Sequence record: SRR31156797_1970
DNA length: 27,465 nucleotides
Strand: one strand, 5' to 3'
The translations under genes were made by a program, and so were the position numbers. Positions 1-9,785 of this stretch are shown one piece after another (position 1 is the stretch's first letter; every line of letters begins with the position of its first letter). A model generated the notes under the pieces. That model had not been told where the DNA came from and made no database searches. It saw only the letters and a list, made by a program, of their open reading frames with translations.

Positions 1-90
1 GATATTGCTGCGAAAAGGCATACACAATACACTATGACAGCCGGCGATATCACGGAGAATCTGGGAAGAGCCTTCAGGAAAATATCTTAA
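1..90 (+). CDS. nnr: C-terminal end of NAD(P)H-hydrate dehydratase/epimerase (YjeF/Nnr), 5'-truncated by the window edge
   Basis: Frame 1 reads DIAAKRHTQYTMTAGDITENLGRAFRKIS*, which matches the typical YjeF C-terminus (GD.AA......AxDI...LG.AF). Not in the ORF track. Confidence 0.65.
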   Translation, partial: DIAAKRHTQYTMTAGDITENLGRAFRKIS

Positions 91-150
91 TCGATGAATG
101 TGCTTATCCTAAACTTATGCACACATTTCGCTAAAAAGGAATTTATCGAT

Positions 151-158
151 TACTTTTG
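151..158 (+). promoter_or_regulatory. Bacteroidota sigmaA -7 element for the restriction-modification pair
   Basis: TACTTTTG matches TAnnTTTG and lies 22 nt before the ATG at 181. Confidence 0.55.
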
Positions 159-180
159 AACTATTCAAAATCAATTTTAA

Positions 181-810
181 ATGAGTTGGGAAGAATATAT
201 ACCTTCAGATCTTGCTAAATTATATGAGGTCCATGATTTCAGGCATGCCTCTGCAATTTTGTTCAACGAATTTCAAGACCAATTCCAGGAAGTCTGTGAT
301 GTATTGAGAAGCTTCAGGTTCACAATAGACGATATTAAAAGGGCCGGAGGAAATGAAAGTACAATTCCTAAAAAGTTTTCGGAATTTTTACGTCCAAAGA
401 ATTGGGCTGAACAGCAACTTCATGCTAAACTTGTTGTTGACGATGACGTTGTAAGTGTTGACACGCACAAGATAGACTACCTCAAAGGTAGGATTGCTTT
501 TGATCTTGAGTGGAATAGTAAGGATCATACTTTTGACAGAGATTTGTATGCATTTAGAGCATTTTTTGAATACAATAAAATCAGCCTTGGCATCCTGGTT
601 ACCAGAAGTAATGAACTTGACCCATGGTTCAATTCACTTGGGTCTTATACTGACAAATACGGTACCCAAAGATTGTACAAATCTAAATATGGAGCAAGTA
701 CAACACATATTGGGAAATTGTTGCCAAGAATCAAGGCAAACAGAAATGGTGGATGTCCCATTTTGGTTTTTGGGATAACTACTAAACTTTTAATGGCTGA
801 GGAGGAATAA
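181..810 (+). CDS. BglII/BstYI-family type II restriction endonuclease
   Basis: 209 aa; GGNES, THKIDYLK...AFDLEWNSKD..FDRDL (PD-(D/E)xK-type core), KYGASTTH, GGCPILVFGI; adjacent to a methyltransferase. Confidence 0.85.
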   Translation: MSWEEYIPSDLAKLYEVHDFRHASAILFNEFQDQFQEVCDVLRSFRFTIDDIKRAGGNESTIPKKFSEFLRPKNWAEQQLHAKLVVDDDVVSVDTHKIDYLKGRIAFDLEWNSKDHTFDRDLYAFRAFFEYNKISLGILVTRSNELDPWFNSLGSYTDKYGTQRLYKSKYGASTTHIGKLLPRIKANRNGGCPILVFGITTKLLMAEEE

Positions 811-811
811 T

Positions 812-1519
812 ATGACAGTTATTGACGATTTTAAAAATTTTGCTTCTGATAATAGTTTTGCAACCATACTTGCCGATCCACCATGGCAATTTCAAAATAG
901 AACAGGAAAAATGGCACCTGAACATAAACGCCTGAGTCGGTACCCTACATTAACTTTGAAAGAAATTTGTGACATTCCAGTTAAGGATTATACTCAGGAT
1001 AGAGCCCATCTTTATTTATGGGTTCCAAACGCCTTGGTTGGTGAAGGGCTTAAAGTATTGGAAAGCTGGGGGTTTAAATATAAAAGTAACATCATTTGGT
1101 ATAAAATTAGAAAAGATGGTGGCCCTGACAGACGTGGTGTAGGTTTTTATTTCCGTAACGTTACGGAGATGATTCTTTTTGGCGTTAAAGGTAATAATGC
1201 AAGAACTTTACAACCCGGAAGAACTCAGGAAAATATTATTGTCTCACGCAAACGGGAACACAGCCGGAAACCAGACGAACAATATGAACTCATTGAATCA
1301 TGCAGCTGGGGTCCCTATCTTGAAATGTTTGCACGGGGAAATCGGGATAATTGGCACTGCTGGGGAAACCAGGCTGAAGATTATTATCCGACATGGACTA
1401 CCTATAATAATCACTCACAGAAAAAAGCTAAAGCCAGTTTAAAGGGGGACAGTAAACCACTAAAAAACAAACAGCTGCAGCTGCTCGAGCCAAAACCCAA
1501 ATACAAAAAACAGGGATAA
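812..1519 (+). CDS. MT-A70-family adenine-N6 methyltransferase
   Basis: ILADPPW catalytic motif, HLYLWV, WGFKYK, REHSRKP, YLEMFAR, WGNQ; starts 1 nt after the endonuclease stop. Confidence 0.9.
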   Translation: MTVIDDFKNFASDNSFATILADPPWQFQNRTGKMAPEHKRLSRYPTLTLKEICDIPVKDYTQDRAHLYLWVPNALVGEGLKVLESWGFKYKSNIIWYKIRKDGGPDRRGVGFYFRNVTEMILFGVKGNNARTLQPGRTQENIIVSRKREHSRKPDEQYELIESCSWGPYLEMFARGNRDNWHCWGNQAEDYYPTWTTYNNHSQKKAKASLKGDSKPLKNKQLQLLEPKPKYKKQG

Positions 1520-1539
1520 ATTTTCATTATCCCTGTTTT
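1505..1539. terminator. Probable bidirectional intrinsic terminator between the convergent MTase and V-ATPase operon
   Basis: Perfect 13-bp inverted repeat AAAACAGGGATAA (1507-1519) / TTATCCCTGTTTT (1527-1539), with T-runs on both strands. Confidence 0.8.
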
Positions 1540-1706
1540 AATCCTATAATTTTATTATCGAATATTCCTGTAATCCGTGAGCATGAAGAAAGCTCACTGA
1601 ATATCATCCATTGTTATCCCTTCCGGAAGCAGGCTGTATGTTAACGAAAATCATCAAAAGCCCCACAATCCGTGATGAAAAATGGAGCCAATTTTAGAAT
1701 TTTCTT

Positions 1707-2156
<450 letters not shown>

Positions 2157-2190
2157 TTAACTTTTTGTAAAATTTTTATTTATAAATCTT

Positions 2191-4008
2191 TTATGATGTT
2201 TCTATTTTGCTAAAAGGCTTGTATTTGGCTCCACCACCTCCGAAGCCTGCGTTTTTATAGAACTCTACAAAGGTCAAACGCAGTGGGTGAACGAAAGACC
2301 CAAGCGCAGCCATGAAAAAATTTAAGCTATGCCCGAAAAGGAGAATCAATACAACAACTACGGCGCCGGCAATTCCTCCGCCTACACCCTGACTTGACTC
2401 CATCGCAAGTTGATTAAAAACATTCCCCAAAATGGCACTGGATATTCCAAGCGCAAATAATCGAATGTATGAAAGCACATCACCCAACAAGCCAGAAACC
2501 ATATTATAAGTGTTCCAAATTCCTGTTCCTAAATTGAGGAAAATGTTTTTGCCGGGGCTATTGAAGAGTAATGCCGGGATAGCTCCGGCTACAAGTGTGA
2601 TTTTCCATATCATATCACCGAAGTCACTGATAATTAAATCAAACTTTGTCATAACAAAGAACGGTATGGTGAACATGACAATCAAAATCCAGCCAAACTG
2701 TGAAACAGCATATTTCCATCCGAATTGCACAATTTGGTTTGCTGCTTTGAGAAACATACCAAATAGTACCTGGACATATCCCAAACCCAGCGCCAGCAAC
2801 ATCATTTGGTCGTTGTTCAGGACAAATTGCTCCTGGTAGGTCTTAAGCCATGGCCAGGGTTGATCGGCAAGCATAATTCCAAAAAATGTACCCCCAACTA
2901 TCCCCATAATTGTAGTAGAAAGACCAAGTAAAAACCCAAGGATCAGGAGTGGTTTTATTTTTGGCGATGCTTTCATCAGCGCAATAAGAGTGCCCAGCAT
3001 AATTAATAAACCATATCCTGCATCGCCAAGGCAAAATCCAAAGAAAAGCATGTAAAAAGGTGCGAAGAAGGGTGTAATATCTAACTCCCTGTAATTGGGT
3101 AACGAATAAAGGTTTCCAATGGGCTCAAACAAACGACTGAACTTTCCGTTCTTAAGCATAATCGGAACTTTATCCTCTTTTGTAGGATTATCAATGATAA
3201 AGAAAATTCCCTGCTCATCCAGAAAATCACTGACCTCTTTCAGTTTCAATTTCGGCACCCAACCCTCGATAATCTTGAGTCTGTTATCAACTTCGTTCGT
3301 GGCATTTTGCTTTACATTATCAAAAGATATCCGGTCTTCCGTAGCATTCCGGGCTTCAATGAGCTTAGGCAGGTAAGCATGTGCATGTTCGCGGAAGAAA
3401 TTTTCAGTGGATTCGATTTTTGACTTGAGTTCTTCAATCTCTTTTTCAACCTCTACGGCAGGCCTGTCCGGCGCTCGAACCTCGTCGGCATCCAGTTTGA
3501 TTTCTTCCCCATCGCGTTGCACAACAACAAAAAAAGTTTGCCCTTCTCTTTCATTGATGATCTCGAGGTAATATTCATCCTGCCAGTCTGGCTGAAAACG
3601 GTGTTGTGATATGCTAAAAAATCGCAGTTTAAAACCCCTTGCTTCAAGTTTCATTAAAGTGTCAGGTGAAAAAGTACCCCATGGGCTTGATACCTTATAC
3701 TGTTTTTCAAGAATGGCAATCCGTTGCTTCAGATCATCCAGCTCTGACTGGGTCTGAAGCACAATTTTCAGGATTTTTCCCGGCATGAGGTTGGTTTGTT
3801 CAGGTGTATCTTTTTGTTCGAGAGCCTTGAGAAACCTAATCACACGGTCGAATTGCTGAACCCTTTGTATCTCGCAATTGGTGTCCTCGTCAGGCTCAAT
3901 CCCCCGGTCCACAATGTCCACCACTCCAAGCTGTTGCAATGATTTAAGGAATTTGTGAAACTCCTTGTGGTGGATCAGCATCGAATATTTTTTCATGGGG
4001 AGTATCAT
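2191..4008 (-). CDS. ntpI: V/A-type ATPase subunit I
   Basis: 605 aa; FFGFCLGDAGYG, DVLSYIRLFALG, HPLRLTFVEF; ATGA overlap with subunit D. Confidence 0.95.
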   Translation of the reverse strand: MILPMKKYSMLIHHKEFHKFLKSLQQLGVVDIVDRGIEPDEDTNCEIQRVQQFDRVIRFLKALEQKDTPEQTNLMPGKILKIVLQTQSELDDLKQRIAILEKQYKVSSPWGTFSPDTLMKLEARGFKLRFFSISQHRFQPDWQDEYYLEIINEREGQTFFVVVQRDGEEIKLDADEVRAPDRPAVEVEKEIEELKSKIESTENFFREHAHAYLPKLIEARNATEDRISFDNVKQNATNEVDNRLKIIEGWVPKLKLKEVSDFLDEQGIFFIIDNPTKEDKVPIMLKNGKFSRLFEPIGNLYSLPNYRELDITPFFAPFYMLFFGFCLGDAGYGLLIMLGTLIALMKASPKIKPLLILGFLLGLSTTIMGIVGGTFFGIMLADQPWPWLKTYQEQFVLNNDQMMLLALGLGYVQVLFGMFLKAANQIVQFGWKYAVSQFGWILIVMFTIPFFVMTKFDLIISDFGDMIWKITLVAGAIPALLFNSPGKNIFLNLGTGIWNTYNMVSGLLGDVLSYIRLFALGISSAILGNVFNQLAMESSQGVGGGIAGAVVVVLILLFGHSLNFFMAALGSFVHPLRLTFVEFYKNAGFGGGGAKYKPFSKIETS

Positions 4009-4610
4009 GAGCCCTCCATTTCTTTTTGTTCTAACCTGCTTTTTACTATTTTCTGTGCCGCTTTCGAAAGATTTTCCTCATCTTCCATAAACCGCTTGAT
4101 TTTCAATATGGCCTCTTCATAGCCAGGGATCTGAACCTTTTCATAAAGGTTCACTTTTTGTGTTGTCTTTTTCCTGGCAAAATCCAGTAGCTCCATCTTT
4201 CGTACAAACACATCCCTTTCAAGACCAATCTTTGCCAGTCGCTTGATCAGATCGATTCCATCAAGAAACCAGGCAGGTTTATTAAACAGACTGAATTTTT
4301 TAATTTCAAATTCTACGCCATCAAGAACCGGTGTTTTAACGCCGGCAATCTTTTTTACGGAGAGTTTCACATCCTTAACTGAGACGAGCGTTGGATCAAA
4401 TTCACTCCAGAGCCGCAAAAGCTCATGGCTCTCTTCCTTATTTTTCTCCAATTCCCTATTCAAACGCTCAGCCTCATTTTTGGCTTTCTTCACTTCAATC
4501 CGCAATGCCGACTCCTTATTTTTTAATGTAGGGAGTGCATTCTGCCTGATCTTCAACTGCTTGTTGAGATTTTGGAGTGATGTTTTATTATAATGAAATT
4601 TTATTGCCAT
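4005..4610 (-). CDS. ntpD: V/A-type ATPase subunit D
   Basis: ALPTLKNKE, KTTQKVNLYEKVQIP; position in the operon. Confidence 0.95.
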   Translation of the reverse strand: MAIKFHYNKTSLQNLNKQLKIRQNALPTLKNKESALRIEVKKAKNEAERLNRELEKNKEESHELLRLWSEFDPTLVSVKDVKLSVKKIAGVKTPVLDGVEFEIKKFSLFNKPAWFLDGIDLIKRLAKIGLERDVFVRKMELLDFARKKTTQKVNLYEKVQIPGYEEAILKIKRFMEDEENLSKAAQKIVKSRLEQKEMEGS

Positions 4611-4649
4611 AAATGATCATTATCAGATTCAGAAAAAACATACTGAAGG

Positions 4650-5978
4650 CTATGCATCTTCATTTGGCCAGTACTTATCGGTTATTTCTTTCTTAATTCC
4701 TACCTCTGCTGGCGTGAAGTATTTCTTAAAGAGACCCCAGGTACGGTCGAGCATTTCGTCGGCTCCGATATTCACATCAATGGCCAGCAAATCGTTTGAA
4801 TAGGCTTGAGCAAAATTGAGTGCCCGTTCATCAAAATCAGTGAGATCGAAACCATTTTCAAGCTTTGTTTTTGCGTTGGCAGCCTCAGCATAGAGCTTAA
4901 TAGCGGCATTCATCACCTGAGCGTGATCCTCGCGCGTATCTTTTCCAATCACATTTTGTTTCAGCCTTGAAAGACTCCTGAACGGATCAACAATAACCTT
5001 GGCAATATCCGTATCGCGCCTCAGGTACAACTGCCCTTCAGTAATGTAACCCGTATTATCGGGAATGGCGTGGGTAATATCACCACCAGAAAGTGTGGTA
5101 ACGGCTATAATTGTGATTGATCCACCGGCTGGGAACTGCACCGCTTTTTCGTAGATACGGGCAAGGTCGCTGTACAGGGAACCAGGCATACTGTCCTTGG
5201 AGGGTATTTGATCCATCCTGTTTGAAACAATGGACAGTGCATCGGCAAACAAGGTCATATCCGTTAACAGGACAAGCACAGTTTCGTTTTTCTCCACCGC
5301 AAAATACTCAGCTGCTGTTAGCGACATATCCGGAATGAGTAATCTTTCAACCGGAGGATCGTCCGTGGTATTTACAAAGCTGATGATGCGATCCAAAGCT
5401 CCGGCATTATCAAACACATTCTTGTAGAACAGGTAGTCATCGTTGGTGAGCCCCATTCCGCCAAGGATAATTTTATCAGCCTTGGCGCGGAGCGCTACCA
5501 TGGCCATTACCACATTAAACGGCTGATCGGGGTCTGCAAAAAACGGGATTTTCTGCCCTGTAACCAGCGAGTTGTTCATATCGATCCCGGCAATGCCGGT
5601 AAATATCATGTTACTGGGTTTCTTCCGCTGTACCGGATTCACAGAAGGGCCACCAATCTCAACTTCACGACCTTCAACTTCCGGGCCTCCGTCAATTGGA
5701 TTGCCATAAGCATTGAAAAACCTGCCGGCCAGATCATCACTAACATGTAAAGTAGGAGCTTTTCCTAAAAATGTAACTTCTGCATTGTTCGGAATACCTT
5801 CTGTACCGCCAAACACCTGAAGTGTTACACTGTTTCCAAGAATTTTAACCACCTGCGCGAGCCGTCCACCAACAAGTGCCAACTCATCATATCCAATGCC
5901 TGTAGCTGTTAGAGTACAGGTAGCCTTGGTAATCTGGTCGATCCTGGTATATATTTTTTGAAATGCCTGAGTTTCCAT
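4650..5978 (-). CDS. ntpB: V/A-type ATPase subunit B
   Basis: GQKIPFF, PGSLYSDLA, DITHAIPDNTGYITEGQ, SLSRLK. Confidence 0.97.
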   Translation of the reverse strand: METQAFQKIYTRIDQITKATCTLTATGIGYDELALVGGRLAQVVKILGNSVTLQVFGGTEGIPNNAEVTFLGKAPTLHVSDDLAGRFFNAYGNPIDGGPEVEGREVEIGGPSVNPVQRKKPSNMIFTGIAGIDMNNSLVTGQKIPFFADPDQPFNVVMAMVALRAKADKIILGGMGLTNDDYLFYKNVFDNAGALDRIISFVNTTDDPPVERLLIPDMSLTAAEYFAVEKNETVLVLLTDMTLFADALSIVSNRMDQIPSKDSMPGSLYSDLARIYEKAVQFPAGGSITIIAVTTLSGGDITHAIPDNTGYITEGQLYLRRDTDIAKVIVDPFRSLSRLKQNVIGKDTREDHAQVMNAAIKLYAEAANAKTKLENGFDLTDFDERALNFAQAYSNDLLAIDVNIGADEMLDRTWGLFKKYFTPAEVGIKKEITDKYWPNEDA

Positions 5979-5999
5979 ACAATTCTATTTTTTCCTGGT

Positions 6000-7763
6000 T
6001 TATGCGGTCTCAGCGACTGTTCTTTTTTCAAGAAGTTCTTTCAGTTCAACTTCAAAATTTTTGAATTCGTCAGATTGAAATTCTGAGTAGTTCATCTGCT
6101 TGAGCAGGTTTATCACGCTCCTGAAATATTTATTGACATCCTCGAAGTTCTCAAACTCATAATCATCTTTAATGATTTCCATGATCATGTCCATCATGTA
6201 TTTCTGACGATCGATTGGTGTTGACGAATCAATCTTATCAAACGCATCCTGTTGCAGAATCACAAAATCAAATACTTCAGACTTCCAGTAGCGAACATGA
6301 TATTCAACGGGGACGCCATCATCACCCAAAATATTGATTTGCTCGGATGCTTCCTTTCCACGAATCAGCAGGTTGCGTGCATATTGCAGCTGATCGAACC
6401 ATTTGTCGGAAACATTTTCACGCAGGTACTCGATAAACTCGTCATACTCAAGATATTTCGAATACGATTCGATGGGGTCAACCGCCGGATAGCGTTTGCT
6501 GTCTGCACGTTGTTGTGAAAGGGCATAAAAACAACGAGCCGCTTTCTTGGTTGACTCCGTTACAGGTTCTTTGAGGTTTCCACCGGCAGGAGATACCGCA
6601 CCAATAAATGTGATGCTACCTGTTTTGCCATTTGGCAGATAAACATAACCAGCGCGTGAATAGAAGTTTGAAATGATCGCCGGAAGGTCCATCGGGTAGG
6701 CATCCTGGCCTGGAAGTTCCTCCATCCGGTTCGACATTTCACGCAGGGCCTGAGCCCAGCGAGATGTTGAGTCAGCGAGCATCAGGATCTTCAAACCCAT
6801 CGAACGATAATACTCTGCGAGCGTCATGGCGGTGTAAACAGAGGCCTCACGTGCAGCTACCGGCATGTTTGAGGTATTGGCGATGATGGTGGTTCGTTCC
6901 ATGAGTTTGCGGCCGGTACGCGGATCTTCAAGTTCCGGGAATTCTGTAAAGATCTCAACCACCTCGTTAGCACGTTCACCACACGCAGCCACAATAATCA
7001 TATCTGCTTCGGCATGCTTTGACAAGGCGTGCTGCAATACTGTTTTCCCGGTTCCGAACGGGCCTGGAGTAAATCCGGTACCCCCCTCTACAATCGGGTT
7101 CAACGAATCGATACACCGAATGCCGGTTTCCATAATTTTAAAAGGACGCGGTTTTTCGGAGTAAGCCCGAATGGCTACCTTCACCGGCCATTTTTGAACC
7201 ATGGTAATTATACGCTCTTTTCCCTGTGTATCTTCAACGGTGGCAATGGTATCATGAATGGTATATTGCCCTTCTTTGGCAACATCCTTCACCGTGAATT
7301 TTCCGTTGAATTTAAACGGAACCATGATTTTATGTGGAATCCAGTTTTCTTTTACCTCACCAAGCCATGATCCGGCCTGAACCAGATCACCAGCTTTAGC
7401 CAGCGGCTTGAAATCCCAGAGTTTGTCATCCTCCAGCGGATTGGTATATTCGCCGCGCTTTAGGAAGACATCTTTCATTTTATTGAGGTCATTCTGAAGT
7501 CCGTCAAAATTTTTGGACAGAATGCCGGGCCCCAGGGTAGCTTCCAGCATATGGCCCATGAACTCCACGGTATTCCCAATTTTCAGGTTCCGGGTACTTT
7601 CGAAAACCTGAACATAAGCATTGTCGCCCATCACCTTGATGACCTCAGCCATCAATTTTGTGTCACCCAGTTTTATAAAACAAATCTCATTTTGTGCTAT
7701 CGGCCCATTGGCCTCAACAATCACAAGATTTGATATAATTCCTGCTACTACACCTTGTGTCAT
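6000..7763 (-). CDS. ntpA: V/A-type ATPase subunit A (catalytic)
   Basis: Walker A GPFGTGKT, CGERANE, NTSNMPVAAREAS, DSTSRWAQALRE. Confidence 0.97.
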   Translation of the reverse strand: MTQGVVAGIISNLVIVEANGPIAQNEICFIKLGDTKLMAEVIKVMGDNAYVQVFESTRNLKIGNTVEFMGHMLEATLGPGILSKNFDGLQNDLNKMKDVFLKRGEYTNPLEDDKLWDFKPLAKAGDLVQAGSWLGEVKENWIPHKIMVPFKFNGKFTVKDVAKEGQYTIHDTIATVEDTQGKERIITMVQKWPVKVAIRAYSEKPRPFKIMETGIRCIDSLNPIVEGGTGFTPGPFGTGKTVLQHALSKHAEADMIIVAACGERANEVVEIFTEFPELEDPRTGRKLMERTTIIANTSNMPVAAREASVYTAMTLAEYYRSMGLKILMLADSTSRWAQALREMSNRMEELPGQDAYPMDLPAIISNFYSRAGYVYLPNGKTGSITFIGAVSPAGGNLKEPVTESTKKAARCFYALSQQRADSKRYPAVDPIESYSKYLEYDEFIEYLRENVSDKWFDQLQYARNLLIRGKEASEQINILGDDGVPVEYHVRYWKSEVFDFVILQQDAFDKIDSSTPIDRQKYMMDMIMEIIKDDYEFENFEDVNKYFRSVINLLKQMNYSEFQSDEFKNFEVELKELLEKRTVAETA

Positions 7764-7814
7764 GTATTGATTATTAAATGTTTGTCAAAAAAAAATCTGA
7801 CTAAGAATGTCTGA

Positions 7815-8264
7815 TTATTGTTTCAAATCGAACTGTTGTCCTTCTCCAACCCAGGTCCAGTTTTCTGATTCTTCGTTCCAGATAAATTCACCTTCCTCAC
7901 CACTGTTTTCGCCGGTTAGCTTTTCAACATGAACCTTATTTTTCTCGGCTGTTAATTTATAGGTATCATCACCATTTTGAACAATTTGTGTTTCTTTTTC
8001 ACCATCCTGCATGGCAAGCGGGTTATCGCCAGACCAAAATTCTATGGTGTTTAGAACAATACCATCGGCAAGAATTGTTACAGCATAAACCGGGATAATT
8101 ACAAAGGCCAGAAACACCAGTTCGGAGCCCCATTTCCCTCCAACTTCATTTTTGTTCCAGCTGTATAGATTATTGGTGAGCTGGAATGAGCCAATACATC
8201 CTTGCTGCGACATGGTTACAAATAAAAATGCGAATGCTAATAAAACTGTTTTTACTTTTTTCAT
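7815..8264 (-). CDS. DUF3332-family putative lipoprotein
   Basis: Signal peptide ending QQG-C; GCIGSFQLT..LY.WN...KW..ELVFL....PVY....AD..VLNTIEFWSG.NP signature. Confidence 0.8.
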   Translation of the reverse strand: MKKVKTVLLAFAFLFVTMSQQGCIGSFQLTNNLYSWNKNEVGGKWGSELVFLAFVIIPVYAVTILADGIVLNTIEFWSGDNPLAMQDGEKETQIVQNGDDTYKLTAEKNKVHVEKLTGENSGEEGEFIWNEESENWTWVGEGQQFDLKQ

Positions 8265-8272
8265 GATTTGTA

Positions 8273-9136
8273 TTATTTTCTTTTAACATATTGTAAATTA
8301 AACTCCTGCGGTAGCTCAAAGCTTTCGCCCAAACTCGCAAGAAGTTTATCAAATAATTTCCTTCCGGTTTCCTCATCTAATTTCATCCAACGTTCAACCA
8401 TTTCCAACTGCAGCATGAACCCCAATAGTTTCTCCACAGTAAAATAGTGAAAGAATGTTTGATCATCAATCCACTCCCATTTCAACTGGTCGAGAGCTTT
8501 TTCGCGATCAGTTAGGGATTCTGAATTCTCCCAGGCTGCCAGAATTTTTTCAATTTCAGGAAATTCCTGCGTCAACCCAAAATCGGTTGAATTGCTTCGG
8601 AGAATATGTTCTGTCACCAAATTTTTACCCACGAGCTGGCCTTCAGGTGAAATTTCATGATCGCGACAAGCAAGTGCTGTGGTAATATTTTGCAAGCTAA
8701 GTTTAAATTCAAACCAGGCCTTAAGAAAATGATTTTCTGTTTTTAAAAGGTAATTAAAAAAGTCGTTATCCAATTCGGTTTCCCAGGATGTATTACTATT
8801 TTCGCGTTCCCCCGATTTATACTTTACAATGAAACTGGATAAGTAAGGCAGTAACCGATTTTCAGGATACTTGATTTCATCTTCCATCAAATCGCGCGGA
8901 TAATTACCATAATCAAAGAACTTCTGATATTTCTTCATCAACAGGTTGAGCAGGTTTGCGTTATCATATTTCAGAAACAGAAATGAAACCAGCTTGAAGT
9001 CATCAGGATGAAGATTGACCTCAAACTCATTTTTAAAGTGCGCAACGGTGGCTTTTTGTCTCCCTTCATCCAACAAAAGATCGGGCAACCCGGCAACCAA
9101 ATAATAATAGTTTCGCTTAATCTGCATACCCGTCAT
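8273..9136 (-). CDS. DUF2764-family protein (V-ATPase subunit C-like)
   Basis: NYYYLVAGLPDL N-terminus; W..ID..TFFHYF..EKLL; ERW..LD.E.G; ATG directly follows the subunit E stop. Confidence 0.85.
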   Translation of the reverse strand: MTGMQIKRNYYYLVAGLPDLLLDEGRQKATVAHFKNEFEVNLHPDDFKLVSFLFLKYDNANLLNLLMKKYQKFFDYGNYPRDLMEDEIKYPENRLLPYLSSFIVKYKSGERENSNTSWETELDNDFFNYLLKTENHFLKAWFEFKLSLQNITTALACRDHEISPEGQLVGKNLVTEHILRSNSTDFGLTQEFPEIEKILAAWENSESLTDREKALDQLKWEWIDDQTFFHYFTVEKLLGFMLQLEMVERWMKLDEETGRKLFDKLLASLGESFELPQEFNLQYVKRK

Positions 9137-9751
9137 TTAGTCTTCAGCAAAAAATTTACGTGTTCTTGGACGAAGGTATTGCTTAAAAAACCGGGAGAAA
9201 TCCTCATCCGTAAAGCTCAGTTTATATCCACCATTCTTCGGCCCGAGTTTAAATCCGCTCTTTATTCCTTCCTCAAAATTGATCTCCAGGCCTCCCTTTA
9301 TCTTTTCAGCAACCTGTTTTTTGAGGAAACCTTCCAACTGAGCATGATCTTTTTCAGAAAGAAAAAACATAACATCTTTACCTTCTTTCTCAATTTTATC
9401 CCAGTTTTCAGCCATTTTTAGCATCAGGTTTTTTACAAAATCCTTATCACTAAAACTTTTACCTACAACTTCATTTATGGCGGCATCATCCATAATGTCT
9501 GAAATTCGCTGCCTGATGGTATTGATGGCCTGCTTTGTTGAAAGGTTAAGTTCTGACTCTGTATTCTTTTTCAGTTCTGCCGCATCTTTTTTGGCTTTCT
9601 CTGATATCTGTTCTGCCTCCTTCGTGGCAGCTTTAAGCATTTCATCAGCTTCCGATTTTGCTTTATTCACAATTTCTTCAGCTTCATGTTTTCCTTTTTC
9701 CAGGCCTTCCTGGTAGATTTTATTGGTGAGTTCCTGAAGTTTCTCGTTCAT
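9137..9751 (-). CDS. ntpE: V/A-type ATPase subunit E
   Basis: KLQELTNKIYQEGLEKG coiled-coil N-terminus; GFKLGP..GGYKLSF; YLRPR. Confidence 0.9.
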   Translation of the reverse strand: MNEKLQELTNKIYQEGLEKGKHEAEEIVNKAKSEADEMLKAATKEAEQISEKAKKDAAELKKNTESELNLSTKQAINTIRQRISDIMDDAAINEVVGKSFSDKDFVKNLMLKMAENWDKIEKEGKDVMFFLSEKDHAQLEGFLKKQVAEKIKGGLEINFEEGIKSGFKLGPKNGGYKLSFTDEDFSRFFKQYLRPRTRKFFAED

Positions 9752-9777
9752 TGGACTTGAATTTCGTTAAATCGTGG

Positions 9778-9785
9778 CAAAAATA
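9778..9785 (-). promoter_or_regulatory. sigmaA -7 element of the V-ATPase operon
   Basis: Minus-strand TATTTTTG, 26 nt upstream of the ntpE ATG. Confidence 0.6.

Noticed and set aside
1472-1489. 12-bp palindrome CAGCTGCAGCTG followed by CTCGAG
   Set aside because: Explained by the QLQLLE codons; no evidence of a functional or engineered site.
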